Shown here one piece after another: positions 28,208 to 38,115 of a DNA stretch of 64,000 nt (within the stretch, counting starts at the first letter, position 1; each line of letters begins with the position of its first letter). The notes under the pieces are model-generated. The model made no database searches. It saw only the letters and a list, made by a program, of their open reading frames with translations, and was not told the DNA's origin. The stretch is from NCBI GenBank assembly GCA_049516875.1, contig JBEKSS010000003.1, positions 174,759-238,758 of the forward strand, given 5' to 3'. The stretch is from Candidatus Bathyarchaeia archaeon (lineage in GTDB: Archaea; Thermoproteota; Bathyarchaeia; Bathyarchaeales; Bathycorpusculaceae). Made by a program: the position numbers and the translations under genes.

Positions 28208-30172
28208 ATGAAAAAAGCATCCCCCGTTGCCGAGAACCCTTTCGCAGTGTTCCGGACAGAATGCGAGAACAGCCTAGCCTCGGCTTTCAAGAAACTGTTT
28301 CCCGAAATCCAGATTGAAAACTTGGCAATAGAAAAGCCGCCAAACCCAGCGTTTGGACAACTGGCTTCCTCGCTGTGTTTTGAGCTTGCCAAAAAACTGG
28401 GAGAGAAACCTTTAGCGCTAGCTGAACGCTTGGCCAAAGCCGTAGACCCCACAGAGTTTTCTCTGATAAGCAATGTTACCGCTGCCGGGGGAGGCTACGT
28501 CAATTTCCACGTGAACTTTGTCAAGTTCTCAGCCTTGACCCTTGAATCTGCTGGGAGATTGGACGCTGGATATGGTTTTGTCAAAACGGAGAAGCCTTTG
28601 AAAATCATCGTGGAACACACGAGCGCAAACCCTCTTCACCCTCTCACCATCGGCACCGCAAGAAACCCCGTGCTCGGCGACACCCTTTCTCGCCTACTCA
28701 GAAGCAGAGGATACGCAGTCAGTCGCCACTTCTACATTGACGATGTGGGCCGCCAGTCATCTGTCATCGCTTACGGCTACGAAAAACTGGGAAAGCCCAA
28801 GCCGGAAGGCAAGCCTGACCAGTTTATCGGCAAGATCTACACTATCACGAGCTGTCTCGTTGAGATAAACCGACTGAAAAAAGAGCTTGAAAACGCGAAG
28901 GGCGTTTCAGGAGCAGAAGAGACTGCAAAAATCACCAGGGAGCTGGACGATTGGGTTTCCATCGCGGCGGAGATGAAGGACAAGTATCCAGCTCTCTTCG
29001 ATGAACTGCTCGGAAAAATAGTCAAAGACAAGAATCCTGAGGATTCGATAAAGATACTGAACAAGGCCTACGAGGTGAAAGAAGAGAAGGCCAAGCAGCT
29101 AGTCAGACAGGTCAGTGAACTGTGCTTGGAAGGGTTCAGGGAGACGCTTGGCAGAATCGACGTTTCACTCGACTCATGGGACTGGGAGAGCGACCTCGTC
29201 TGGAGCGGCCGCGTCAACGAGGTTTTCCAGAAACTCAAGAAGTCACCGTACACTTTCGCTGAAGGCGGCGTTTTGGAGTTCGACGCCGAAAAAGTCGTCA
29301 AACAACAAGGGCTTTGGGCCAAGCTTGGCGTAAAAGAAGGCCATGAAGTTCCACCCTTAACACTGGGACGTGCTGACGGCACGACACTCTACACCACGAG
29401 GGACGCCGCGTACACCCTGTGGAAGTTCGAAAGAGCCGAGAAAGTCATCAACGTTATTGGCATGGAGCAGAGTCTTGCTCAACTACAATTGAAAATAGCT
29501 TTGCACGCTCTGGGCTACGGCAAATTCGCCGACAACCTGATTCACTTCGCCTACAACCTAGTGACACTTCCAGGCTACAGGATGTCCAGTCGAAGGGGAC
29601 GGTACATAACCCTTGACGAAGTCATGGACGAAGCTGTAAAACGAGCCTACGAAGAAGTTTCGAAGCGTTCCCCACAACTGTCAGACAAGGAGAAACAGGA
29701 AATAGCAAACTTCGTGGGTCTGGGCGCCGTTCGCTACGCGCTCGTCGAAGTTGACATTTCGAAGCCTGTTGCTTTCACTTGGGACCGAGTGCTGAACTTC
29801 GAGAAGAACAGCGCACCCTACATCCAATACACCCACGCCAGAGCCTGCAGCATCCTGAAGAAAGCAGCTGAAAGAACAGGAGAACCAGCCTTCGAACTGC
29901 TAAACGAAACGTTGGAGCACGAAATAATCTTGACACTAGCCAGCTTCCCAGACACATTCATCGAAGCAGCGGAATACCTGAAGCCAAACCTCATCGCCGA
30001 CTTTGCAAATTCTTTGGCAGACAAGTTCAACACGTTCTACAACGCGTTCCCAGTGATAAGAGCCGAACCGCAAGGACTAAGCAACGCAAGACTCGCTCTG
30101 ACAGACGTAGTTAGAATAGTGCTTCGGAACGCCCTCAACCTGATAGGCATCTTGGCCCCCGAAAAAATGTAA
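28208..30172 (+). CDS. argS: Arginine--tRNA ligase
   Basis: EHTSANP, YIDDVGRQ, RADGTTLYTTRD, MSSRRG and APYIQYTHARACSIL. The HIGH position reads TIGT. Confidence 0.97.
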   Translation: MKKASPVAENPFAVFRTECENSLASAFKKLFPEIQIENLAIEKPPNPAFGQLASSLCFELAKKLGEKPLALAERLAKAVDPTEFSLISNVTAAGGGYVNFHVNFVKFSALTLESAGRLDAGYGFVKTEKPLKIIVEHTSANPLHPLTIGTARNPVLGDTLSRLLRSRGYAVSRHFYIDDVGRQSSVIAYGYEKLGKPKPEGKPDQFIGKIYTITSCLVEINRLKKELENAKGVSGAEETAKITRELDDWVSIAAEMKDKYPALFDELLGKIVKDKNPEDSIKILNKAYEVKEEKAKQLVRQVSELCLEGFRETLGRIDVSLDSWDWESDLVWSGRVNEVFQKLKKSPYTFAEGGVLEFDAEKVVKQQGLWAKLGVKEGHEVPPLTLGRADGTTLYTTRDAAYTLWKFERAEKVINVIGMEQSLAQLQLKIALHALGYGKFADNLIHFAYNLVTLPGYRMSSRRGRYITLDEVMDEAVKRAYEEVSKRSPQLSDKEKQEIANFVGLGAVRYALVEVDISKPVAFTWDRVLNFEKNSAPYIQYTHARACSILKKAAERTGEPAFELLNETLEHEIILTLASFPDTFIEAAEYLKPNLIADFANSLADKFNTFYNAFPVIRAEPQGLSNARLALTDVVRIVLRNALNLIGILAPEKM

Positions 30173-30319
30173 ACACTGGCGCCGTGCTGATTGCTGCGCC
30201 TAAAGTCGACCAAGCAAAAACCCGATTGGACGTTTGATGCGAGTCCCTTTTCAAGTTGTATGTCAGAGTACAGAAATGTTTTATGCGGTTTTGACACCTA
30301 AGTGAATCGGTGAAATGTT

Positions 30320-30688
30320 ATGGACGACCTTGAAGAGTTTAGACGTTACCGTGAAAAAATGAATCAGCGTATTCTTTCTGCAGGAAACCTCGGGATTAAG
30401 CGGTTTTTTGCCTTGGACAGTCGCGCGTATGAAAAGGGCGTCTTAGACGTTAAGACCAAGGAGATGATGGGTTTGGTCGCTTCCACAGTGCTACGATGCA
30501 ACGATTGCATCACTTATCACGTAGTCCGCTGTGTTCAAGAAGGGGTTTCAGACGAAGAGCTTTTCGAAGCGTTGAACGTGGCGCTAGTGGTTGGTGGTTC
30601 AATCACAATCCCACACGTAAGACGCGCGGTAGATACATTCGACCAATGCAGAGAAAAACAGCAGCACGGACAAACAATCAAACTCTAG
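30320..30688 (+). CDS. Carboxymuconolactone decarboxylase / AhpD-like protein
   Basis: LDVKTKEMMGL...LRCNDCITYH CxxC motif. Confidence 0.88.
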   Translation: MDDLEEFRRYREKMNQRILSAGNLGIKRFFALDSRAYEKGVLDVKTKEMMGLVASTVLRCNDCITYHVVRCVQEGVSDEELFEALNVALVVGGSITIPHVRRAVDTFDQCREKQQHGQTIKL

Positions 30689-30802
30689 CATGTGCACCGA
30701 TTCCAGATGCCACAGCTGAACACGCATCTTCGTTCCAGCGACTAGCTTCAGCATCAAAAATCTCTTATACTGCACTCTGAATCTAGAACGAGAGGTCTCA
30801 GC

Positions 30803-31864
30803 ATGTCCAACTCATATTTCAAGAGGAAGGTAAAGGCCATCGAGGTTGAAGAGAAAAGCATTTCCAAGCTCTTGGCCGAAATGAGCGAAACAGCTTACCA
30901 AGGGAGAAAGCTTGGTGAAGCGGTTGAAGTTTGGGAAGCGATGCTGAAGGAGAAGGAACTGGTCATTGTCATGGGTTTTTCAGGCTCGATGAGCACCGCT
31001 GGGCAATGGAAAATCGTTAATTGGCTTATAGAAAACCGTTTCATCGACGTTCTCGTTTCAACAGGAGCGAACATTTCGGAGGACATCGTTGACGCCATGG
31101 GGCTCGGCTACTGGCAGGGCACGCATTACGCTGACGATGAGGAGCTTCTGAAAGCAGACATAAACAGGTACTACGACGTTTACGGTAAAGAAACCGACTA
31201 CCGAGAAATGGAGCTGCTCATGACCAACGGGCTCAAGACTCTCAAAAAAGGGTATCCCTACACCTCCGCCGAACTCTTGTACGTGTTCGGCAAATACCTG
31301 AACAAGAAAGGCGTGAAAAGCATAGTCGCCACAGCAGCCGCCCACGGTGTTCCAGTCTTCTGTCCGGCAATAACCGACAGCGCCTACGGCGAAGCATTTC
31401 TGATGGCCAAGAACGAAGGGCACCCTGTCATGCTGGACGAGGTTAAGGAGTTTGATCAGTTCGTCGGCATAGGCGAAAAGACCAAGGACGTTGGCGTTAT
31501 CTACATCGGCGGCGGCGTGCCCAAAGACTTCACTCAGTTGCTCGCCATTTCGGTCTCGCCTAAAACGATGGACGAGGGGGTTCCTGGAAGGAAAGGCTTC
31601 CTGCGGAAGGGCATAAAGGAGTATTATTACCCCCATCGCTACGCGATTCAAATAACGACTGATTCGCCGCAGTGGGGAGGCTTGTCAGGCTGCACGCTTG
31701 AAGAGGCCATAAGCTGGGGAAAAATCAATGAACAGGGAAAAAGAGCCGTCTGCTACTGTGACGCGACAATCGCGTTGCCGCTGATAACTCATGCGCTTAA
31801 TGAAAGGGTGAAAACGAAAAGGAAGGCACCGGATCTTTCGTGGCTTTTCACCCACGCTTCCTAG
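30803..31864 (+). CDS. Deoxyhypusine synthase-like protein (second paralog)
   Basis: STGAN, FCPAITDS, IGGGVPKDF and GGLSGCTLEEAISWGK. Confidence 0.9.
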   Translation: MSNSYFKRKVKAIEVEEKSISKLLAEMSETAYQGRKLGEAVEVWEAMLKEKELVIVMGFSGSMSTAGQWKIVNWLIENRFIDVLVSTGANISEDIVDAMGLGYWQGTHYADDEELLKADINRYYDVYGKETDYREMELLMTNGLKTLKKGYPYTSAELLYVFGKYLNKKGVKSIVATAAAHGVPVFCPAITDSAYGEAFLMAKNEGHPVMLDEVKEFDQFVGIGEKTKDVGVIYIGGGVPKDFTQLLAISVSPKTMDEGVPGRKGFLRKGIKEYYYPHRYAIQITTDSPQWGGLSGCTLEEAISWGKINEQGKRAVCYCDATIALPLITHALNERVKTKRKAPDLSWLFTHAS

Positions 31865-32801
31865 GTTTCCCAACCCTGGCTATCAGCGAGCTCACCATTA
31901 TAGGAAGAATAAGTGAAGCGTCGCCTTCGATCATGATTTTATACGCCTTCTTATTTATCTTGCCCCATGAAACCGCCTCTCGAGGTCTGGCGCCTGACAA
32001 GCTGCCGTCCCATTCAACAGCCGTGCTGATGTAAACGGCGTAGTTGAGGCCGTCTTTGAACTGGTTCCACCAGAGCGTGTGATGCTTCGATATTCCACCG
32101 CCTATGAGCAGCGCGCCACTCTTTTTTGCTGAGAAAACGATGTCGCTCAGATGTCCAGAATCCTTCAGCAAGTTGAGTTTGAAATCGTGATCTTGCGAGA
32201 AAAGCCAGATTTGATATCCCACTGCTCCGTCTGTGATGCCCGGCACAAAGACTGGAACTTTGTTCTTGGCTGCCCAATAAAGTATGGAACTTTCGTTGCA
32301 GATGCGTTTTCCAATCTCACGGCACAGCTGAGCTGATGAAACCTCTTTGACGCCTTCTTCGCATAGGCTTTGCAGCAGCTCCTGCATTTTCTTTTCGATG
32401 ATGAGGCCGTAGCTTTCGTTCGGGACGAGAACGTTTCCAAGACGGTTGATGTTTTTTTCGTGTAGTTTGGCGTCGTTCATGACGAAGGAGCCTTTGTAGT
32501 AGTTTTTCCAGCTTCGGGCAACGTCATGATCCAGTGTGCCGCAGGTTGTGACGACAACGTCGATGAGCTTTCGTTTCACGAGTTCCTTCAAAGCGCCCCG
32601 GGCGCCGGTGGCCACGAGGTTTCCGGTGAAAGAGAGAAACTTGACGCACTTCTTGTCCCTGGCCATATTCTCAAGTATTCTCACACCCACGGCCAGTTTT
32701 CCAGCAGTAAATCCCCAGGCTTTTTCCATCTGCAGAACGAGCTCGTCCACGGACATTTTCTCAGAAAAACTGTAATCTTCAACGGCGTCATTCAACATCA
32801 C
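31848..32801 (-). CDS. dys: Deoxyhypusine synthase
   Basis: SFTGNLVATG, GGGISKHH and DGSLSGARPREAVSWGK (catalytic Lys). Confidence 0.93.
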   Translation of the reverse strand: MMLNDAVEDYSFSEKMSVDELVLQMEKAWGFTAGKLAVGVRILENMARDKKCVKFLSFTGNLVATGARGALKELVKRKLIDVVVTTCGTLDHDVARSWKNYYKGSFVMNDAKLHEKNINRLGNVLVPNESYGLIIEKKMQELLQSLCEEGVKEVSSAQLCREIGKRICNESSILYWAAKNKVPVFVPGITDGAVGYQIWLFSQDHDFKLNLLKDSGHLSDIVFSAKKSGALLIGGGISKHHTLWWNQFKDGLNYAVYISTAVEWDGSLSGARPREAVSWGKINKKAYKIMIEGDASLILPIMVSSLIARVGKPRKRG

Positions 32802-33733
32802 TTAAGTCCCCCAAGGGCTTCTAGATAGGTCTTGTAAATTGTTCCAGCCGCATCTTTGATTGCTTTTTTCTCTGGATCACTCAGCAGGTCCCACAGGTCT
32901 GGGCTGAGCGACTTTGCAATCCTCGCGGGTACCGTGACGTAGACTGGTTCAGGCGTGGTTTTGAACTGGCTTTGCCTCGAATAGCTCATCACTTTGCCGG
33001 TGTTGAGCATGATTCCGCGGATTATTTCGATGAAGGAGCCTGCTGGACCGTGTCTTGTTCCGCCTAGGACGCGTATTATTTCGCGGCTGACTTCCTTGAC
33101 ATAGTTTTCGCACTTCGCCTCGTCCAGCACTTGCTCGGTTTTCCTGAGATATTCTTCGAGTGGCAAGCCGTTTATTTTGACGAGGCTCCAAAGGGGAACG
33201 GCGGCTTCTCCGTGTTCTCCGCCCACGTACGCTTCGATTGTTCCTATGGGAACGCTCAGTTCTCTGCTTAGGATTGTTCTGAATCTGGATGTTTCGAGGT
33301 TAGTTCCGGTTCCAATCACGTGTCTTTTGTATTCTGCTGCTCTGCTGGCTATTGTGGCCATGGCGTCAACGGGATTGGTTATAACAAAATACCATGCGTT
33401 AGGGTTGTTTTCAACCGTGTTTTCCACTATTTCCTTCACTATTCCGGCGTTTTTCGTTGCCAGGTCTCTTCTGCTCATTTCAGGTGTCCTTGGAAACCCG
33501 GCAGCTATCACTATTAGATCCGCGTCTTTCACCAGTTTACTGTTGTCGTAGGCGTTTATTTTGACGTCAAAGCCATGGCTGGCTATAGCATGACACAATT
33601 CTTCTTTTGTCATTTCAGCCACACTCGGAGCCCTGTCGACGAGTGAAAGCTCTGTCACGTATCTTTCGAAGATTAGGCTGAAGGCGACTTCTCCGCCCAC
33701 GCGGCCGGTGCCTGCAACTGCTATGTGTGCCAT
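32798..33733 (-). CDS. mdh: Malate/lactate dehydrogenase family protein
   Basis: GTGRVG, AGFPRTPEMSRRDL, ITNPVD, LETSR and GEHG. Confidence 0.85.
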   Translation of the reverse strand: MAHIAVAGTGRVGGEVAFSLIFERYVTELSLVDRAPSVAEMTKEELCHAIASHGFDVKINAYDNSKLVKDADLIVIAAGFPRTPEMSRRDLATKNAGIVKEIVENTVENNPNAWYFVITNPVDAMATIASRAAEYKRHVIGTGTNLETSRFRTILSRELSVPIGTIEAYVGGEHGEAAVPLWSLVKINGLPLEEYLRKTEQVLDEAKCENYVKEVSREIIRVLGGTRHGPAGSFIEIIRGIMLNTGKVMSYSRQSQFKTTPEPVYVTVPARIAKSLSPDLWDLLSDPEKKAIKDAAGTIYKTYLEALGGLK

Positions 33734-33814
33734 GATAACACTTCCTAAGCCAATTACATTTTGGCTTTAATAAAACAATTGTGGGAATGGATAGACATTT
33801 TGTAAAAGCCGAGT

Positions 33815-34693
33815 CTAGTCGACTAAGTACTCGATGATTTTTCCGTAGAGGTCTTTGTTTCTGGAGTCTTCGTAGCCTGCGTAGATGCTGGGGTTGTCGT
33901 TCACTTCCACCACTACGTAGTTGCCGTTGACCTCTTTGATGTCCACTCCGTAGAGCCCGTGTCCAATGACTTCGCAGGCTTTGAGCGCCACTTCCTTCAA
34001 TTTGGCAGGAGCGTTCTCTGTTTTAAGTGCAACGGTTCTTCCCCAGACGAAAGTGGGTTTGCCCCTGCGTTTAGCCCCGTGTTTCCATTTGCCCTTGGGA
34101 ATCATGTATTTGCAGACGTACAGTGTTTCGCGGTTCAAGACTCCGACTCTCCAGTCGAAAGCGGTGGGCATGAATGTTTGAACGGCCAGCATGTCGGATT
34201 TTCTGAAGTATCTTTTTGCCACATCGCGGAAGCTTGTTTCGCACGCAACCTTTTCCACGTATTTTGAGAAGCTTGTGTAAGGGGCTTTCACGACGATGGG
34301 TTTTCCGAGGGTTTCGAAGACTTCCAAGAGTCGTTTGTGATGCAAATCCTCTTTGTTCAAGAAAACCGTTGGGATGTGTGGCACATCGTGTTTTTTGAAA
34401 AGATCGTACAGGTGGATTTTGTTTCCGCAAATCTGAATCGACTCGGGATCGTCAATTACTCTTCTGCCTAGCTCCCAGGCTGTCTTGGAAACTACGTATG
34501 ACGTGAAAAGCGGGTCAGTTGTGGCCCTTATGAAAACTGCATCATACTTTGGAATTTCAGGTATGCCTTCTCTGAACATGAAGTCGAATTCGTGGCCCAT
34601 TCTCTGCGCTGTCCGCTGGAAGTTCTGGAGCGCAACTGCTTCTCTTTGATCTGAAAAGTTGTACTTCTCAACAAAACAGGCTATCCTAGCCAA
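33815..34693 (-). CDS. RimK-family ATP-grasp ligase
   Basis: VIDDPESI..CGNK, FDWRVGVL, GLYGVDIKE and EVNDNP. Confidence 0.9.
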   Translation of the reverse strand: MARIACFVEKYNFSDQREAVALQNFQRTAQRMGHEFDFMFREGIPEIPKYDAVFIRATTDPLFTSYVVSKTAWELGRRVIDDPESIQICGNKIHLYDLFKKHDVPHIPTVFLNKEDLHHKRLLEVFETLGKPIVVKAPYTSFSKYVEKVACETSFRDVAKRYFRKSDMLAVQTFMPTAFDWRVGVLNRETLYVCKYMIPKGKWKHGAKRRGKPTFVWGRTVALKTENAPAKLKEVALKACEVIGHGLYGVDIKEVNGNYVVVEVNDNPSIYAGYEDSRNKDLYGKIIEYLVD

Positions 34694-35378
34694 CTAGGTG
34701 TTCACCCTTGCTCGACATCCGAGAAACCTCTTCACTAACCATCTCCAAATCCGCGGGCAAAATCTCCTCCATTCTCAAAGGTTGGAGCCCGCACAGGTAC
34801 GCTTCCTTTCCAACCCGTTGAACGTGTATTTTGCAAATGGGAAGTTGAAAGGCTTCATAAACCCGCATCGATATTCTTGCGGCCTCCCCCTCCATTCTGC
34901 ATCTTCCAAAAACAGACTTGAACGTAACCATTTCACCCTTGAGAGGCTGGGCGCAGACAGCGAACTTGTAGTTCATGCTCAGACTCTTGACGGCCCTGTA
35001 CAGTGCGCTCCTGTTCTGTGCGATGCTGAAACCGTCGTAGCAGAACGGGTTGACTGCGAAAACGACTAGTGGAAAACCGAGTTCCGAGATTATCTGTTTC
35101 ACCGATCCGGTGACCAGGTAAGGCAAAGTTGGAATTCCAGCCTTTGAAGCTCTAAGCAGTAAAATAGGCGTTCTGCTGGCGTCAATTATGCTTTCGCTTG
35201 AGGGAACCACACGGTTTCCCAAAACCTCTGCGTGCATGGACACGTAGTACCCTGTCTTCAAGTAGCGGTAGTCATTGTTAAGATTGAGAGTAAAATCTTT
35301 GATTGACGAGTTCAGGAACGCGGTCGGTTTCATTGCATGCAAGTTTGTCGGTAAATCGATGTTTGAGACAACCAGCAC
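34686..35378 (-). CDS. RimK-like ATP-grasp N-terminal (RLAN) domain protein
   Basis: 'LNLNNDYRYLKTGYYVSMHAE..G..V.PS' RLAN signature. Confidence 0.8.
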   Translation of the reverse strand: MLVVSNIDLPTNLHAMKPTAFLNSSIKDFTLNLNNDYRYLKTGYYVSMHAEVLGNRVVPSSESIIDASRTPILLLRASKAGIPTLPYLVTGSVKQIISELGFPLVVFAVNPFCYDGFSIAQNRSALYRAVKSLSMNYKFAVCAQPLKGEMVTFKSVFGRCRMEGEAARISMRVYEAFQLPICKIHVQRVGKEAYLCGLQPLRMEEILPADLEMVSEEVSRMSSKGEHLVG

Positions 35379-35855
35379 CCATGTGACACCAGATGACTGT
35401 AAGGTTCGGTATTGCAGCTTACGTATTTAAGATTAACTGTAGCCAACGCCGAATATCGCTCGCATTTTTCAAATGCGGCTTCTTTTTTAGAGGCGGACTC
35501 ACGCTCAATATAGGTTGTGAGCTCGAATTCTGAACAGCAAGATAGTTGGCCAAGAAAGGTGGTGGGTTTATCGGACTTTTGCCACGTCCTCCCAGCAATA
35601 GCAGCAGTATCGGATGGTCTGTCTTTCCGAGTATCGTACGCGCTGGATAGAAAAAGAAGGGTTGATTATGTTTCTTAACGTTTCTTCTTCTTCTTGAGTC
35701 CTGCATGTGGTCTTTTCTTTGGCACGTTCTTACCGGATCTATCTATGTCCATTGTTTCTTATAGGTTTGATAGGTTAGTGCCTACAATCCACACGAGCGG
35801 TCCTGCATGGTGGCATGGGCATGAGTGGCATACTTTGAGTATTTAGGCTAGAATG

Positions 35856-36106
35856 CTAGTGTGCCTGTGTTTTGTTGATGTCCTGTTTTATGGCCATCCA
35901 GTTATCACGGATCAGAGCCTTGCCAATTGGAGTTTCCAGAATCAGAATGAAAGGTCTATGCGGTTTGTCCTTATGGCTTAACTAAAAGCAGATTAGTCTT
36001 CCGTGAACTCTGAAGTCTTCAACCTCTACAAAAACAGTTTTGCCTAAGAAATAGTTGGAGGATTGGAAAAAAAGGGAATTGTGCGGGAGACGTCTCCACT
36101 TTTCAT
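35856..36106 (-). pseudogene. Decayed small Sm/LSm-like beta-barrel gene
   Basis: Manual translation: ...YFLGKTVFVEVEDFRVHGRLICF*LSHKDKPHRPFILILETPIGKALIRDNWMAIK. Internal TAG at 35982-35984 and a frameshift at a T7 tract. Confidence 0.5.
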
Positions 36107-36123
36107 GTTACTGATTACTAATA

Positions 36124-36301
36124 TAGCGCGCATGCGTGTTCCGAAAATGGTCAAAAACGGTTTTAATTCCGCTTCTAGATTTTAGAAGGGCCAGTTGCTA
36201 CGATGAAAATAGGGATATGCGCAGGGTTCAAGATTATTCTCAAGCCTCAAAAGAAGAATAAAAACCATTTTTAGCCATTTTAGGAACAACCATGCGCGCT
36301 A
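36124..36301. mobile_element. MITE-like element, 178 bp, with 46-bp imperfect terminal inverted repeats
   Basis: 36124-36169 vs the reverse complement of 36256-36301 match at 39/46; ends are TAGCGCGCATG...CATGCGCGCTA; no ORF. Confidence 0.8.
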
Positions 36302-36425
36302 AGAATGTCGCTATCAACCGAAAGTTTCCATGAACCCCAATCAATCGAAGACTACCCAGAACCGTCTTTAGAAAGCTTTAATTCTTGCAGGATTTTCTGT
36401 CATAAAAACAAAAAGGCGAAACGGA

Positions 36426-37490
36426 TTGGCTGGTCTAGGTCAGTTGAAGTTTGCCATGGGCACAGGCATATTCCTCACAGCCTTCATATTCGCTGCTTTC
36501 CTGGCATTAGTGCTGTTCATCATCCAAGTGTTCGTTGCCCCGTTGACCCTGAGTTTTGACCTGATTCTCGTAGTAGCCCTTCCACTCCTCTTCGTACTGT
36601 TTCAGTACGCCATCGGGCCCTCAATCGTGAAGATGTCAACACACCTACAATACCTCAAGCCGGGTGAAAACCCGTGGCTCGAATCCACCGTAAAGGACCT
36701 TGCGGACAAGAGCAAGGTGCCCATGCCGCGGCTGGCCATCGTCCCAGACAACACGCCCAACGCCTTCGTTTTCGGCCGAACCTCCCACTCGGCCACGCTG
36801 GCAGTCCACCAAGGACTGCTGCAAAACCTGAACGAGGACGAAGTTAAAGGCGTAATCGGCCACGAACTAGGACACATAAAACACAAGGACTACGCCATTA
36901 TGACGTTGCTTTCCGCGTTGCCGCTAGTGGCCTACCTTGTTGCACGTGGAACAATGTCTGCAGCATGGTTGTCAGGCAGATCTTCGAGAGAAAGAGACCA
37001 GGGCGGCATAGAAGCGGCCCTCATCATCATCGCCGTACTGTCGTTCGTAGTCTACTTCATCTCACAACTGAGCGTAATGCGCCTCAGCAGACTGCGGGAA
37101 CACTACTCAGATGCTTACTCCGCCTACGTGACGGGTTCGCCTAGAAGCTTGGAAAGCGCTCTCACAAAAATCACGTATGGCCTGTCCCTCTCACCGAAAC
37201 CGCCCTCAGGAGTCCGAGCGTTCTACATAAGCGACCCGGTGCAGGCCAAGCAGGAAATACATGAGATCATCGACAAGAGGGATGAGTACGACTTGGACCA
37301 CGACGGCGTACTGAACGAGAAAGAGTTGGAGTTGGCCATGGAGAAAGAGGCCAAGTCTACGTGGAAAACAGTCAACACGTGGTTCTCAACCCACCCGCCA
37401 ACCTTTAAACGCATAATGCTGCTGCGCGAGATAGAGCAAGAAATGCAGAGTGGAAAATACACGAACGACCGTGTCTACGCGCACGTTTAG
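36426..37490 (+). CDS. htpX: M48 zinc metalloprotease HtpX
   Basis: PNAFVFG, HELGH, SRLREHYSD and STHPP; multi-TM. Confidence 0.93.
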   Translation: MAGLGQLKFAMGTGIFLTAFIFAAFLALVLFIIQVFVAPLTLSFDLILVVALPLLFVLFQYAIGPSIVKMSTHLQYLKPGENPWLESTVKDLADKSKVPMPRLAIVPDNTPNAFVFGRTSHSATLAVHQGLLQNLNEDEVKGVIGHELGHIKHKDYAIMTLLSALPLVAYLVARGTMSAAWLSGRSSRERDQGGIEAALIIIAVLSFVVYFISQLSVMRLSRLREHYSDAYSAYVTGSPRSLESALTKITYGLSLSPKPPSGVRAFYISDPVQAKQEIHEIIDKRDEYDLDHDGVLNEKELELAMEKEAKSTWKTVNTWFSTHPPTFKRIMLLREIEQEMQSGKYTNDRVYAHV

Positions 37491-37896
37491 TCACACGAAC
37501 GCCAAGATGTTTGCTGCGGAGAAAAAGCTGATTGAAGGGTGAGGTAGGGAGACCTAAAAAAAGGGATTAAGAAAAAAAGGGATTCTATTGTCGTGAGGGG
37601 TCTTTGCTTCCTCGGCACTTTCTAAGACCATCTTAACTATGGTTGCAAAGCCGCCTATCGACGCGATAAGCGCGCCCATGATGACCCCCGCGAATACGCA
37701 ATCTTCCTTCGCTCTCGTCCATGTGGTAGAGTCTGAAGGCCTCGGACAACCGCGGACAGTGAACCTTTTCCCCCTGAAAGCGTCGCGCGCTAACAGTCTT
37801 TTCCATCTAGGACCTCAAGAGTTAACAGAACGCATCCAGCACATCTTCATAAGAGCCTTGATCCGATGCACTCTTGCCTTTCGTGTCCATTGCAGG

Positions 37897-37939
37897 GTTT
37901 TGACACTCAAAGAAATCACGGATTGAGTACTCAAACACA
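37897..37939 (-). repeat. 43-bp dispersed repeat, copy 1 (TTGAGTACTCAA palindrome core)
   Basis: Reverse complement matches 43695-43737 at 42/43. Confidence 0.9.
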
Positions 37940-38115
37940 GGGTCTCGAATTTCAACATTCCAACCTTTCGAGATGATGTTCCTCAAATGCCATATGATGC
38001 GCTTTCGCGAAGGGCAACAGAAAAACTGGTAACCACAGAAAACGCGCGCGTCCTCAAGCTGATCGACAGTTGGAGATATATATGTAAAACAACTATGCAT
38101 TCTGTGGTGTTACGA

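Noticed and set aside
35982-35984. Pyrrolysine readthrough of the in-frame TAG
   Set aside because: The same relic also needs a frameshift, and no pyl genes are in the window; pseudogenisation is simpler.
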